Assembly: GCA_045863395.1 (NCBI GenBank)
Contig: BTVJ01000019.1
Location: forward strand, 37,221-101,220
Source: Myxococcales bacterium
GTDB lineage: Bacteria; Myxococcota_A; UBA9042; JABWCM01; BTVJ01
Length of the DNA stretch: 64,000 nucleotides
Direction of reading: 5' to 3'
Of this stretch, positions 24,713-34,880 are shown piece after piece (positions within the stretch are counted from its first letter, which is position 1; every line of letters starts with the position of its first letter). The notes below the pieces were generated by a model that worked only from the letters and a program-made list of their open reading frames with translations, did not search any database and had not been told where the DNA came from. A program made the position numbers and the translations under genes.

Positions 24713-27229
24713 ATGAGCAGCAGCCGGACAGTGAGCAGAGCGGGCGTCGCGCTGTGGGCCGTGCTCGTGGGTTGCGGAACCCAGGCGGGCGGCGCACTGC
24801 CGGTCGCGGACACCTCCACACCCGGATTCGGCGGCAACGCGCAGGTGGGCCATGACGCGGGCTCGGGCGCCGGGAGCGGCGCTGGCAGCGGGGTTGGCGC
24901 GGACGCCGGCGGCGCGCCAGGCGCGGGAGGCGCAGACGCCGGGACCACCCCGGGCGGCCCCGTGGGCACGGGCCCCTGCACCGACGCCTCGGACTGCAAC
25001 GACCACAACACCTGCACCGACGACGTCTGCGCCGGAGGCACCTGCTACCACACCAACAACACCGCCCCGTGCAACGACGGGGACGCCTGTACCGTGGACG
25101 ACGCATGCTGGAAGGGGACCTGCACTGGGACTCCCCTCCTCTGCGACGACGGCGACCCCTGCACCGAGGACGCCTGCGCGGACGGCGCCTGCTTCGCCGC
25201 GTCCATCTCCGCCGACAAGGGGTGCGCGCCGGCCATCTCCGTGGCCTCACCGACACGAGGGGCCACCCTGTCCGGACCGGGACCCGTCCAGGTGGCGGGC
25301 TCGGTGATCCTCCCTGGAGGCCCCCTGGCGTCCTTCACGCTCAACGGCGCGACGGTCGCCGTGGACGCCGAGGGCAGCTTCTCGACCGCCGTCACCCCCT
25401 CCGTCGGCGTGAACCTGCTGCGCTTCGTAGCCAAGGGGAAGGGCGGCGCGACGGCCACGGCCTCCCAGTCCTTCGCCTGGGCGCCGACCCTGCACACGGT
25501 GGGGACCTCGTCCCAGCTCACGGTGGTGGACGGCTCGTCGGGGCTGTGGCTCGGCAAGGAGCTCTTCGACGACGACGACCCGCAGGACCTGGACGACCTC
25601 TCCGCCCTCGCGTGGCTGCTGCTCGACACCTTCGACGTGAACAAGGCCATCCCATCGCCGCTCTTCGCGGAGGGTCAGGAGCCGTCCTTCGGGTGGTGCA
25701 AGTGGGACGTCAAGGTGTCGAAGGTCGACTACGAGGTCGGCGACGTGGACGTGCTCCCCGTGCCTGGCGCCATCCGCATCCACGCCACCCTGACCGGCTT
25801 CAAGGCGTGGTTCGAGGCCGTGGCGAGCTGGTGCCCCGACGCGCTCGGCTGGGTGTACGCGGACGCGGTGACCCTGGACGCGGAGCTGTCGGTCGTCGTC
25901 ACCGAGGGCGGCAGCATCGACGTGGACCTGCTCTGGGTGGACGTGGCGATCACGGGGGTCAACGTCGATGCGCAGAAGGGCACGGCGGCGCTCTTCGACT
26001 GGCTGATCAACTGGTTCGAGGACGACCTGGCCGCCAAGCTGGAGGCCGAGCTCGAGAAGTTCATCCCGCAGAAGATCGTGCCGTTGGTCGATGGCGTGCT
26101 TTCCGGCTTCGCGAGCTTCAAGACCACCATCCCGGTGCCCGCCCTCGTGCCGTCGGCCCAGCCCGTGAGCGTGGGCCTGGACGTGCGCGCTGGCCAGGTC
26201 GGCTTCGCGAGCGCCGGCGCCACGTTCCACCTGAAGGCTGGCGCAGGTGCGGCCAAGGCGAGCAGCCATGTGTCTCCAGGCACAATCGCCCGCGGGGCCT
26301 GCGGCGCCAGCGGCAACCCGACGAGCTGCGTCGGCCAGTGTGGGGGCCAGGCCCCGGGCGGGTGCTACTGCGACGCGGACTGCGTCAAGTTTGGAGACTG
26401 CTGCACGGACGCCTGCAAGGCCTGCGGGCAGTGTCTGGTCGTGCCCCCGGCGGAGAGCTGCGGCGGCAAGTGCGGCGATCAGGCTCAGTCCGGCTGCTAT
26501 TGCGACGCGGAGTGCATGAAGTACGGAGACTGCTGCGCCGACGCCTGTGACAAGTGCGGCCACTGCAAGGGAGACTCCTTCGTCCCGACCCCCTTGCCGA
26601 AGCAGTCTCCCGTCGAGCTGTTCGTCCACGAGGACCTGCTCAATCAGCTCCTCTTTGCCGTCTGGTGGGCCGGCGGGCTCGACTTGACCCTGACGGACGC
26701 GACGGTTCCCGCAGTGACGGGCATGGGAATCTCCAACATGAATCTCAAGATCGACCTGAGCCTGCCGCCGATAGTTACCACCTGCACCAAGGACGGCAAG
26801 CCGGAGATTCAGGCGGGTGATGTGAGGGCAACGGGCACATTCAATCTCCTCGGGACGGCCGCCTCCATGGACGTGTTTGCGACGGCCATCCTCGGAGTGA
26901 CCGTGGGGGTCACGCCAGCTCCCGGCGGCGGCGCGGATCTGTCCTTCACCCTGAACGGGCTCCGCGAGTTCGAGGCGCAGGTGATCTCTGCCGACGGCCT
27001 TGGCCCCGACGGCCCCGAGCTGATCGCGAGCCTGCTCGACGAGGCGACCATCCAGACCCTGCTCGGAGACAAGCTGTCCGCCGTGCTCGCCGCGTGGCCC
27101 CTGCCCCAGATCGACCTGGCGAAGTGGGTTCCGGGGCTGCCGCCCGGGGCGCAGATCCTGTTCGTGCCCAAGTCCGTGAGCCACAACCAGGGGGCGGTGA
27201 TCCTGAGCGGCGCCATCAAGGGGCCGTGA
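24713..27229 (+). CDS. Lipoprotein with Cys-rich repeats, Ig-like domain, BPI/LBP-like lipid-binding fold and two somatomedin-B-like domains
   Basis: Lipobox VLVG-C; CNDxNxCTxD repeats; SC.G.CG....GCYCD..C.K.GDCC.D x2; VHEDLLNQLLFAVWWAGGL resembles BPI C-terminal domain start. Confidence 0.75.
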   Translation: MSSSRTVSRAGVALWAVLVGCGTQAGGALPVADTSTPGFGGNAQVGHDAGSGAGSGAGSGVGADAGGAPGAGGADAGTTPGGPVGTGPCTDASDCNDHNTCTDDVCAGGTCYHTNNTAPCNDGDACTVDDACWKGTCTGTPLLCDDGDPCTEDACADGACFAASISADKGCAPAISVASPTRGATLSGPGPVQVAGSVILPGGPLASFTLNGATVAVDAEGSFSTAVTPSVGVNLLRFVAKGKGGATATASQSFAWAPTLHTVGTSSQLTVVDGSSGLWLGKELFDDDDPQDLDDLSALAWLLLDTFDVNKAIPSPLFAEGQEPSFGWCKWDVKVSKVDYEVGDVDVLPVPGAIRIHATLTGFKAWFEAVASWCPDALGWVYADAVTLDAELSVVVTEGGSIDVDLLWVDVAITGVNVDAQKGTAALFDWLINWFEDDLAAKLEAELEKFIPQKIVPLVDGVLSGFASFKTTIPVPALVPSAQPVSVGLDVRAGQVGFASAGATFHLKAGAGAAKASSHVSPGTIARGACGASGNPTSCVGQCGGQAPGGCYCDADCVKFGDCCTDACKACGQCLVVPPAESCGGKCGDQAQSGCYCDAECMKYGDCCADACDKCGHCKGDSFVPTPLPKQSPVELFVHEDLLNQLLFAVWWAGGLDLTLTDATVPAVTGMGISNMNLKIDLSLPPIVTTCTKDGKPEIQAGDVRATGTFNLLGTAASMDVFATAILGVTVGVTPAPGGGADLSFTLNGLREFEAQVISADGLGPDGPELIASLLDEATIQTLLGDKLSAVLAAWPLPQIDLAKWVPGLPPGAQILFVPKSVSHNQGAVILSGAIKGP

Positions 27230-27289
27230 CATCCGCGTTCTGGCCCCCCGCCCTCCTCTGATCTATGCTCCGGCGCCTGGAGGTGGCCG

Positions 27290-28123
27290 GTGATCGAGAT
27301 CCGTGACCTGCGCGTGCGCTTCGGCGACCTGGTCGCCGTGGACGGCCTCTCGCTCACGGTCACCGAGGGCCTGCTCTACGGGCTCCTCGGGCCCAACGGC
27401 GCGGGCAAGACGACCACCCTGTCCTGCGTCGCCGGGCTGCGGACGCCGACGGGGGGCACGGTGCGCGTCGGGGGCCTCGATCCGGTGCGACAGCCCATGG
27501 AGGTGCGGCGCCTCCTCGGGCTCGTGCCCCAGTCGCTGGCCCTGTACCCGACGCTGACCGTCACCGACAACCTGCGCATCTTCGGCGGGCTCATGGGCCT
27601 GTCGGGGGCGCGGCTGCGGGACCGGGTCGCGTGGGGGCTCGCCCTGGCTCAGCTCGACGGGCGGGCCGGCACCATCGTGGACACGCTGTCCGGGGGGATG
27701 AAGCGCAGGCTCAACCTGGCCTGTGCCCTGCTCCACGACCCGCGGCTCGTGATCTGCGACGAGCCGACGACGGGCGTGGACCCCCAGTCCCGCAACCACC
27801 TGTTCGAGACCATCCGGGCGCTCCGCGAAGAGGGCCGCACCGTCGTCTACACGACCCACTACATGGAGGAGGTGGAGGCCCTGTGCAGACGGGTCGCCAT
27901 CGTCGACCACGGCCGCCTCGTCGCCGACGCGCCATTGGGCGAGCTGCTGGCCCGGGCCGGGGCGACCTCCCACTTCGACGTGACCCTCTCGGCAGCGGCG
28001 ACCCCAGAGCAGCTCCGAGCCGCCCTGGCCGCGGCGGGCCTGAACGCGGACGTCCAGGCCGGCCGCAGCCTCGAGGACGTATTCCTGGAGCTGACGGGCC
28101 ACGCGCTGCGAGATGACGCATGA
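27290..28123 (+). CDS. ABC transporter ATP-binding protein (DrrA/ABC-2 type)
   Basis: GPNGAGKTT, LSGGMKRRL, DEPTTGVDP, TTHYMEE. Confidence 0.95.
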   Translation: MIEIRDLRVRFGDLVAVDGLSLTVTEGLLYGLLGPNGAGKTTTLSCVAGLRTPTGGTVRVGGLDPVRQPMEVRRLLGLVPQSLALYPTLTVTDNLRIFGGLMGLSGARLRDRVAWGLALAQLDGRAGTIVDTLSGGMKRRLNLACALLHDPRLVICDEPTTGVDPQSRNHLFETIRALREEGRTVVYTTHYMEEVEALCRRVAIVDHGRLVADAPLGELLARAGATSHFDVTLSAAATPEQLRAALAAAGLNADVQAGRSLEDVFLELTGHALRDDA

Positions 28124-29385
28124 GGGCGCTGCTGACGGTGGTCCTGAAGGACCTCAAGGTGTTCGTCTCCGACCGCAACGGCGCCCTGATGACGGTCGTC
28201 GTGCCCGTCGCCCTGGCGGCGCTGCTCGGCATGCTCTTCGCGCCGCGCTCCAAGGCCGGCACCATCGGTGTGCTGGTCGCGGACCAGGACGGGGGGCCCC
28301 GCGTGGCGGCGCTCATCGACGCACTGGACGCCAGCGAAGCCATCGAGGTGGAACGTACCACCGAGGAGGACGCCACAGGGCGCGTCAAGGCCGGCAAGGC
28401 GTCGGTGGCGCTGGTCATCCCCGCCGGGAGCTCCGAGCGGCTGCGCCCCGCCAACCTCTTCACCGGGGAGCAGGGCACGGTGGCGCTGCTGTTCGATCCG
28501 TCGCGCCAGGTGGAGGCGAGCCTCGCCGAGGGCCTCCTCATGAAGGTGCAGATGGAGCAGGCGGCCAGCGGTTTCACGGACCCGGCGGAGCTCAAGAGCA
28601 TGTTCGGCGAGCTGCGGCGCACCCTCTCCGTCGCCGACGCCGGCTCGGAGTGGCTCGACGTCATGGACCGCGCCATCCGGGCGGCGGACGAGCCCGCGGG
28701 TGTTACGGGGGGCTCTGGCGCACCGGGCGGTGGCATGCGTCCCCCGCTGGCCATCGCGCGGCAGGAGCTGACCGCCGCCGCGTCGGGCTACAACAGCTAC
28801 GCCCACACGTTCTCGGGCATGCTGTGCATGTTCCTCCTCTTCATGGCGCAGGACATGGCCAAGAACCTGGCCCAGGAGCGCTCCCAGGGCTCGCTCGTGC
28901 GGCTGCGGGTCTCGCTGGCCCGGCCCTGGCAGGTGCTCGCGGGCATGGCGCTGGCGACGGCGGTGATCGCCTTGGCCATCTCGGCGGCGGTCTACGGCGC
29001 GGGAATGGCGGTCTTCGGCATCCGCGTGCTCGGCTCCTGGCCGGGCTTCGTCGTCGTGCTGCTCGCCCAGGCGCTCTTCGCGGGCGCCTTCGCGCTGCTC
29101 CTCTGTGGTGTGGCCCGCACCGAGAAGCTGATCGCGAGCGTCGGGAGCGCGGTGATCCTCGCCTTCAGCTTCCTCGGGGGCGCCTGGTTCCCCCGGTTCC
29201 TCATGCCCGACTGGCTCCAGGGCGTCGGGAAGGCGATCCCCACCGCGTGGGCGACGGACGGACTCGCCGCCATGACCTGGCGGGGCCTCCCCGTGGCCGA
29301 CGGGCTGGCCGACGCGGCGGTCCTGCTGGCCTTCGCGGCCGTGGCGGGCGGCATCGGGGTGTGGCGCTTCCGGTGGGAGCAGTAG
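28120..29385 (+). CDS. ABC-2 type transporter permease
   Basis: N-terminal TM, large extracytoplasmic loop, five further TMs, LGGAWFP..MPDWLQ; ATGA overlap. Confidence 0.92.
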   Translation: MRALLTVVLKDLKVFVSDRNGALMTVVVPVALAALLGMLFAPRSKAGTIGVLVADQDGGPRVAALIDALDASEAIEVERTTEEDATGRVKAGKASVALVIPAGSSERLRPANLFTGEQGTVALLFDPSRQVEASLAEGLLMKVQMEQAASGFTDPAELKSMFGELRRTLSVADAGSEWLDVMDRAIRAADEPAGVTGGSGAPGGGMRPPLAIARQELTAAASGYNSYAHTFSGMLCMFLLFMAQDMAKNLAQERSQGSLVRLRVSLARPWQVLAGMALATAVIALAISAAVYGAGMAVFGIRVLGSWPGFVVVLLAQALFAGAFALLLCGVARTEKLIASVGSAVILAFSFLGGAWFPRFLMPDWLQGVGKAIPTAWATDGLAAMTWRGLPVADGLADAAVLLAFAAVAGGIGVWRFRWEQ

Positions 29386-29448
29386 GGGCGGTGGCGCTGG
29401 GAGGGGTCGACCGCAGCAGTTGGGCTCGTACGAGGGATTGAGGTGCGC

Positions 29449-30576
29449 ATGGTGCGAGTGATGGTGGTGGCCGGGACACGGCCCGAGGCGATCAAGATGG
29501 CCCCCGTGGTGGCGGCGCTGCGGGCGAGGCCCGAGACCTACGAGGTGCGGCTCTGCGTCACGGCGCAGCACCGCCAGATGCTCGACCAGGTGCTCGCCAT
29601 CTTCGACCTGGTGCCGGACGTGGACCTGGATCTGATGCGCCCCGACCAGACCCTCGCGTCCCTGACGGCCGGCGCCCTGACGGGAGTCCACGACACCCTC
29701 CTGCGGGAGCGGCCCGACGTGGTGCTGGTCCACGGCGACACGACCACGACGCTTGCGGCCTCGTTGGCCGCCTTCTATGCCCACGTTCCTGTGGGCCACG
29801 TGGAGGCGGGGCTGCGCACACGGGACCTGTCGCGGCCCTTCCCCGAGGAGGCCAACCGCCTGCTGACCGACCACCTGGCCCGGTTCCGGTTCGCGCCGAC
29901 CGAGAGGGCGCGCCGGAATCTCATGCAGGAGGGCATCCTCGACAATATCTGGGTCACGGGAAACACGGTGATCGACGCCCTGCTGGCCGCCGTGCGGCGT
30001 GTGCGGGAGCAGCCGCCGGACGTTCCTGGGCTCGCGCTGGATCCGAAGAGTCTCGGAGGGCGTCGCCTCCTGCTCGTCACGGGCCACCGGCGAGAGAGCT
30101 TCGGCGACGGCTTCCTGCACATCGGGCGCGCCCTGCGCCGCCTCGCACAGCGCGACGATATCGAGATAGTCTACCCGGTCCACCTGAACCCCAACGTCCA
30201 GCGCCCGATTCGCGAGCTTCTGGGCGACCTCCCCCGGGTCCACCTCATCGAGCCAGTCCCATATCTGCCCTTCGTGCGGCTGCTCGACGCCTGCCACGTG
30301 GTGCTCACGGACTCGGGCGGCATCCAGGAGGAGGCCCCGGCGCTCGGCAAGCCGGTGCTGGTCATGCGGGACATCACCGAGCGCCCCGAGGCCGTGGATG
30401 CGGGCACCGCAAGGCTCGTGGGGGCCCGGGAGGACGCCATCGTGGCGTCAGTGACGGAGCTGCTCGACGACGACGCGGCGTGGCGCGCCATGGCGCTGGC
30501 GAGCAACCCCTACGGAGACGGGCGCGCCAGCGAGCACATCGCCGATCTGCTCGCCGACGCGGTGCTGCGGGCCTGA
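29449..30576 (+). CDS. wecB: UDP-N-acetylglucosamine 2-epimerase (non-hydrolysing)
   Basis: GTRPEAIKMAP, VHGDTTT, HVEAGLRT, PEEANR, TGNTVIDAL, HRRESFG, TDSGGIQEEAP, NPYGDG. Confidence 0.96.
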   Translation: MVRVMVVAGTRPEAIKMAPVVAALRARPETYEVRLCVTAQHRQMLDQVLAIFDLVPDVDLDLMRPDQTLASLTAGALTGVHDTLLRERPDVVLVHGDTTTTLAASLAAFYAHVPVGHVEAGLRTRDLSRPFPEEANRLLTDHLARFRFAPTERARRNLMQEGILDNIWVTGNTVIDALLAAVRRVREQPPDVPGLALDPKSLGGRRLLLVTGHRRESFGDGFLHIGRALRRLAQRDDIEIVYPVHLNPNVQRPIRELLGDLPRVHLIEPVPYLPFVRLLDACHVVLTDSGGIQEEAPALGKPVLVMRDITERPEAVDAGTARLVGAREDAIVASVTELLDDDAAWRAMALASNPYGDGRASEHIADLLADAVLRA

Positions 30577-30610
30577 TCGCGTTGTAGAGCAGACGCGGGC
30601 GAGCTCTGCG

Positions 30611-31483
30611 TCACGTCCCCTCGGCGGACCTCTGCGCGTCCGTCGCCTTCTCCAGCTCCGCGATGACCTGCGCCCCGAGCAGGAGCGTGATGGCCCCGAA
30701 CTGGAGCGTCAGGAGTGTGACCACGACGGTCGTGATGGAGCCGTAGAAGAGGGACACCTGGGAGACGCTGCCGTAGTACCACCCCAGGACCCGCCGCATG
30801 AGCTCCCAGAGCACGGTGGCGAGGAGCGCCCCGACCAGCGCGTGGGACCAGCGCGTCCGCCCCACGGGGAGGTAGTGATAGAAGGACGTGAGCAGGGCGA
30901 CCTCGCCGACCAGGATCGCCGCGCGCAGCAGATCGGACGTCACCCCCCTTGCCGAGAAGGACGTGCCGAGGAGGTGTACCTCCCGGTCCGAGATGGCCTC
31001 GACAAAGCCGACGGCCACGGTGGTCAGGAGCAGCCCGAGCGCGATGATCATGATGAACGCGTAGGGCATGATCGCGCTGATCAGGAAGTGGCGCTTGCGG
31101 GGTGGGCGGTGGGAGAAAAGGACGAACAGGGACTCCTCCAGGACCGTAAACGCCAGGGAGCTGAAGAACAGGAGCGACAGGATGCCGAAGCCGCCCAGCA
31201 GGGAGCGGTTCTCCAGGAACGAGGCCACGATGCCCTGAATCAGCTCCACCTGACCGGGCAGCACGGAGCCGACCGTGCCGACGATGCCGTCCATGAGCCG
31301 CTGCGGGGCCACCAGGTGGGAGAGACCGACGACCAGCAGCAACACCAGCGGGATCAACGACAGCAGCGTCTGGAAGGCGACCGCCGCGGCCAGCAGGAAG
31401 CCGTGGTTCGCGTGGAAGCTGCGGGCGACCGCGGCGATCAGGCGGGCCCCGCGGACGATGAGGCTCTTGGGCCCACGCTTCAT
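30611..31483 (-). CDS. YihY/virulence factor BrkB family membrane protein
   Basis: AAAVAF..LLSLIPL, six TMs, YGSI...LLGA. Confidence 0.9.
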   Translation of the reverse strand: MKRGPKSLIVRGARLIAAVARSFHANHGFLLAAAVAFQTLLSLIPLVLLLVVGLSHLVAPQRLMDGIVGTVGSVLPGQVELIQGIVASFLENRSLLGGFGILSLLFFSSLAFTVLEESLFVLFSHRPPRKRHFLISAIMPYAFIMIIALGLLLTTVAVGFVEAISDREVHLLGTSFSARGVTSDLLRAAILVGEVALLTSFYHYLPVGRTRWSHALVGALLATVLWELMRRVLGWYYGSVSQVSLFYGSITTVVVTLLTLQFGAITLLLGAQVIAELEKATDAQRSAEGT

Positions 31484-31525
31484 GGGGGACGCATAGCACG
31501 GGGGCGGGACCCTGTCGAGGGCGCC

Positions 31526-32671
31526 CTAGCGCGGCTTCGGTCGCCGCTTGGGGGCGGACTCCCGCAGCGCGTCCATCGCCAGGTTGCCGATGGTCGTGAC
31601 CTTCGCCCACTCGCAGCCGGTCATGACCACCACGGCGCGCCGCTCGGCCGGATAGATCATGAGCCGGGTGGCCGCCCCCTCCTGGGAGCCGTTGTGGATG
31701 ATCTTCGTGCGGCCCTGGTCGTCCTTGGCGATGACGAAGCCGAGCCCCGCCTCGGTGTCCTTGCCTGTCTTGAGCCGCTGGCGCGTCCACATGAGCTTGC
31801 GGGTCTCGGGCTTCAGCAGGCGGTCGTTCATCACGCCCTCCGTGAAGCGGGCGAGATCCTCGATGGAGGACAGATAGCCGCCGCCGCCCAGCTTCCAGCT
31901 CACGTCCGTGTCAGGCGCGAGCACGACCCCCTCCTTCTTCTTCCACCGGTAGCCCACCGCGCGCCGGGGGATGTCCTCCCACTGCCAGTCGGGGGTCAGG
32001 GTCGTCATGCCCAGCGGGGTAGCGATGCGATCACGGACCTGCTCGTGAAAGGGGGCCTTGCCCGCCCCTTGCACGAGCGCAGACAGCAGGATGTACCCGT
32101 GGGTGGAGTACCCGTACCGGGTGCCGGGCTCGAAGAGGAGCGGCGACTCGGCGAAGGTGTCGACGGCAGTCACCACGTCGGCAAACGGGTTCGGGTGGTC
32201 ATAGGTGCGCTCGCGCGGGATGACCTTGCCCTTCTGGTAGTGCGGCAGGCCGCTCTGGTGGCACATGAGGTGCCGCACCTGGAGCGGCCACTCCTTCTTG
32301 GGGAGCTCGGGGACGAGCCGGCGCACGTCGTCGCTCAGGGTCAGGGCGCCCGCCTCGACGAGCTGCATGGCGGCGACGGCGGTCAGCGGCTTGGACAGGG
32401 AGGCCCAGCGGAACAGGGTCTTCTGCGGGTCGACGGCCACGCCCGCCTCCCGGTCCTCGAAGCCGTAGCCCTTCAGGTAGACTATCTCGCCGTCCTCGAT
32501 GAGGCCGATGGCCAGGCCCACCAGCTCCTCCTTCGCCATCTCGGCCTCGACTGCCTTGTCGACGGCGCGGGCGCGCTTCTTCGAGAGTGGGTCCGCGGCC
32601 GCGGTCACCGCGAGGGTGAGCGCGATGAGCGCGATGAGCGCGATGAGTAGCAGTGCGAGGCGCCGGGTCAT
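31526..32671 (-). CDS. Serine hydrolase, beta-lactamase/AmpC-like family, secreted
   Basis: Signal peptide; FRWASLSK (SxxK), LMCHQSGL, FEPGT.Y.YS, HNG. Confidence 0.9.
   Translation of the reverse strand: MTRRLALLLIALIALIALTLAVTAAADPLSKKRARAVDKAVEAEMAKEELVGLAIGLIEDGEIVYLKGYGFEDREAGVAVDPQKTLFRWASLSKPLTAVAAMQLVEAGALTLSDDVRRLVPELPKKEWPLQVRHLMCHQSGLPHYQKGKVIPRERTYDHPNPFADVVTAVDTFAESPLLFEPGTRYGYSTHGYILLSALVQGAGKAPFHEQVRDRIATPLGMTTLTPDWQWEDIPRRAVGYRWKKKEGVVLAPDTDVSWKLGGGGYLSSIEDLARFTEGVMNDRLLKPETRKLMWTRQRLKTGKDTEAGLGFVIAKDDQGRTKIIHNGSQEGAATRLMIYPAERRAVVVMTGCEWAKVTTIGNLAMDALRESAPKRRPKPR
32618..32647. repeat. 9-bp tandem repeat (GAGCGCGAT x3) lengthening the signal peptide (LIALIALIAL)
   Basis: Read directly at 32618-32647. 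Confidence 0.8.
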
Positions 32672-32684
32672 CTTGAGAGCTCCG

Positions 32685-34880
32685 TCAGGGGACGACAACG
32701 GTCACGGGGGCGACGTGGGCCCCGGCCCAGGACACGGTGCCGTCATCGTGATGCCTGCGCAAGCCCACGACGAGCTGCCAATCGCCCTCGGGGGCGTCCT
32801 CGGGAATCTCCAGCCAGAACCGGTCTCGCAGCGGGCCCGGCGCCCAGCTCTCCACCGGCCAGGCGCCCCAGGCGGGGACGTGGTCGAGGGACGTCCACGA
32901 TCCGGCCGGTGAGCGCAGCCGGGCGCCGAGGGACCAGCCGGGGCCCGGAGGCACAGAGATGGCGAAGTCCGCGGTGACCTCGGCCTCGTCGCCGGGCTCC
33001 AGGGTGGAGGGTGAGACGACGAGAGCCGTGAGAGCGACGCCCGGACCCACCGGAACCCGGAGCGGCGCGGCTTCGGGCGGCATGCGCGCATGGGCGCGCA
33101 GCGTGGCCTCGGGGTGCCCGTACAGCGCCGCGATGTCCTGCTTCCAGGAGAGGAGGCGCTCCTGAAGGGACACGGGGTCGTCCACGAGCAGCGGGCGCCA
33201 CTCGCTGGGATCGGCGGTCAGGTCGAAGCGCTCCGCGGGGCGCAGGTCGAAGTGGTGGATCTGCTTGGTGGTCCCGGTGCGCTCGGCCATGCACTGGGTG
33301 TGGTAGTGGCACGCGTGGCGCAGGACGGGGTGACCCTCCGGGGAGAGCAGGCTCCGGCCCCATAGCGCGCCCTGCTCTACACGGGCTCCGAGCACCTCCA
33401 GGACCGTGGGCATGACGTCGATGCTCTGGCGCAGGCCCTCGATGGCCGTGCCCGGCGCGATGCCAGGGCCCGCGACGACCAGTGGGATGTGCAGGCCCTC
33501 CTCCCAGATGACGTTGTCGTGCTGGCGCCTCCGGTGCTCACCGAAGCCTTCCCCGTGGTCGGCGAGGACGAGGATCAGGGTCCGGTCCATGAGGGCACGC
33601 GCCTCCAGGGCGGCCACGACCTTGCCGACGAAGCGGTCCACGTAGCGCACGCCGTTGAGGTAGCCATCCAGGTCCGGGTCGTCGCTGTACGGGCGCCGCT
33701 CGAAGCCGCGGGGCACCCGGTAGTCGTGGTGGGGGGTCACGGTGAGCAGGGTGAGCAGGAAGGGCTCGCGGCGGCGGTCCACCCAGGCGAAGGCGGGGGC
33801 GAGGAGGACGTCGTCCTCGTAGCCGAAGTAGCTCGACCGATCGAAGCCCTCGGTGGGGAGGTGCTCGGGGCCCCGAAAGGTGGAGTAGCCGAAGCGCCGC
33901 GCGAAGCGCTCCCCCTTCTCGTAGGACTCGTCCACCGACTGGAACAGCGCCGTCGCCCACCCGTGGCGCCGCAGCACGGTGGGGAGGCAGTCGTGTGGGA
34001 TCCCCCCGGGCTCGGCCTCCACGTTCCAGGTGTCGATGGTGGGGGGGATGCCGCAGTGGATGGCGACCAGCGCCTTGGTGGTGTGGGGCACCACCGTGTA
34101 CGCCTGCGTGGCGTGGGCTCCGCGGGCGGCGAGGGCCACGAGGTGGGGAGTGGTGTCCAGGTCGGAGTGGAGGGACGTGGCGGAGGCGCGGGTGGACTCC
34201 AGCATGATCAAGACGACGTTGTGCCGGCGGGTGGGTGGGGCGACACGCAGCGGCGGCGCGGTGGCGGGGGTGGTGGGGCGCGGTGGGGCGAGCGCCTCGC
34301 GGGCCAGGGTGGTGGAGAGGGTCACCAGCGGCGAGCGACGGAGCGGCATGAGGTGGTCCGCCACGGCGGGAGCCGCGAGTGTCGCGGCGACGGAGGCGGC
34401 CAGCAGCACGAGCGCAGGGTGCCAGGAGGCGGCGCCGGGGCCGGCGAGGCGGGCGAGGAGCGGCGCGGCCCCGATGGCGGCCACGGTGGCGGCGAAGGCG
34501 CCGACGACGAAGGACGGCATGCCGTGGAGCAACACCTGGCGCAGATCGACGGCGTGGGCCACACCGTAGATCAGGAGGTTCCCATCGAGAAAAGAGCCCG
34601 TCGCCACGAAGAAGCCGTGCTCGACCAGGGACGCGGCGCCCAGGAGCTGGGTCAGGGCCTGGAGCGATGCCGGGGCGAGGCGCCGGGGAGAGCGGAGCAG
34701 GATGGAGGCGCAGAGCCAGAGGGCGGCGCACAGGGCGAGGTCGGGGGCGAGGAGTCGCAGGAGACCCAGCGGGGCAGGCCAGCCCAGGATCGCGACCTTG
34801 TGCAGCTTCGCGCCGAGCAGGAGCACCGCGAGGGGCAGGAGCTGCGCGGCGGCGCGCACGCCGGGGTCGGGGCGGCTCAC
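32685..34880 (-). CDS. LtaS-type membrane sulfatase/phosphoglycerol transferase with C-terminal Ig-like domain
   Basis: About five N-terminal TMs; NVVLIMLESTRA, VPHTTKA (catalytic Thr), TPHHDY, LADHGEGF; GTGA overlap. Confidence 0.88.
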   Translation of the reverse strand: MSRPDPGVRAAAQLLPLAVLLLGAKLHKVAILGWPAPLGLLRLLAPDLALCAALWLCASILLRSPRRLAPASLQALTQLLGAASLVEHGFFVATGSFLDGNLLIYGVAHAVDLRQVLLHGMPSFVVGAFAATVAAIGAAPLLARLAGPGAASWHPALVLLAASVAATLAAPAVADHLMPLRRSPLVTLSTTLAREALAPPRPTTPATAPPLRVAPPTRRHNVVLIMLESTRASATSLHSDLDTTPHLVALAARGAHATQAYTVVPHTTKALVAIHCGIPPTIDTWNVEAEPGGIPHDCLPTVLRRHGWATALFQSVDESYEKGERFARRFGYSTFRGPEHLPTEGFDRSSYFGYEDDVLLAPAFAWVDRRREPFLLTLLTVTPHHDYRVPRGFERRPYSDDPDLDGYLNGVRYVDRFVGKVVAALEARALMDRTLILVLADHGEGFGEHRRRQHDNVIWEEGLHIPLVVAGPGIAPGTAIEGLRQSIDVMPTVLEVLGARVEQGALWGRSLLSPEGHPVLRHACHYHTQCMAERTGTTKQIHHFDLRPAERFDLTADPSEWRPLLVDDPVSLQERLLSWKQDIAALYGHPEATLRAHARMPPEAAPLRVPVGPGVALTALVVSPSTLEPGDEAEVTADFAISVPPGPGWSLGARLRSPAGSWTSLDHVPAWGAWPVESWAPGPLRDRFWLEIPEDAPEGDWQLVVGLRRHHDDGTVSWAGAHVAPVTVVVP

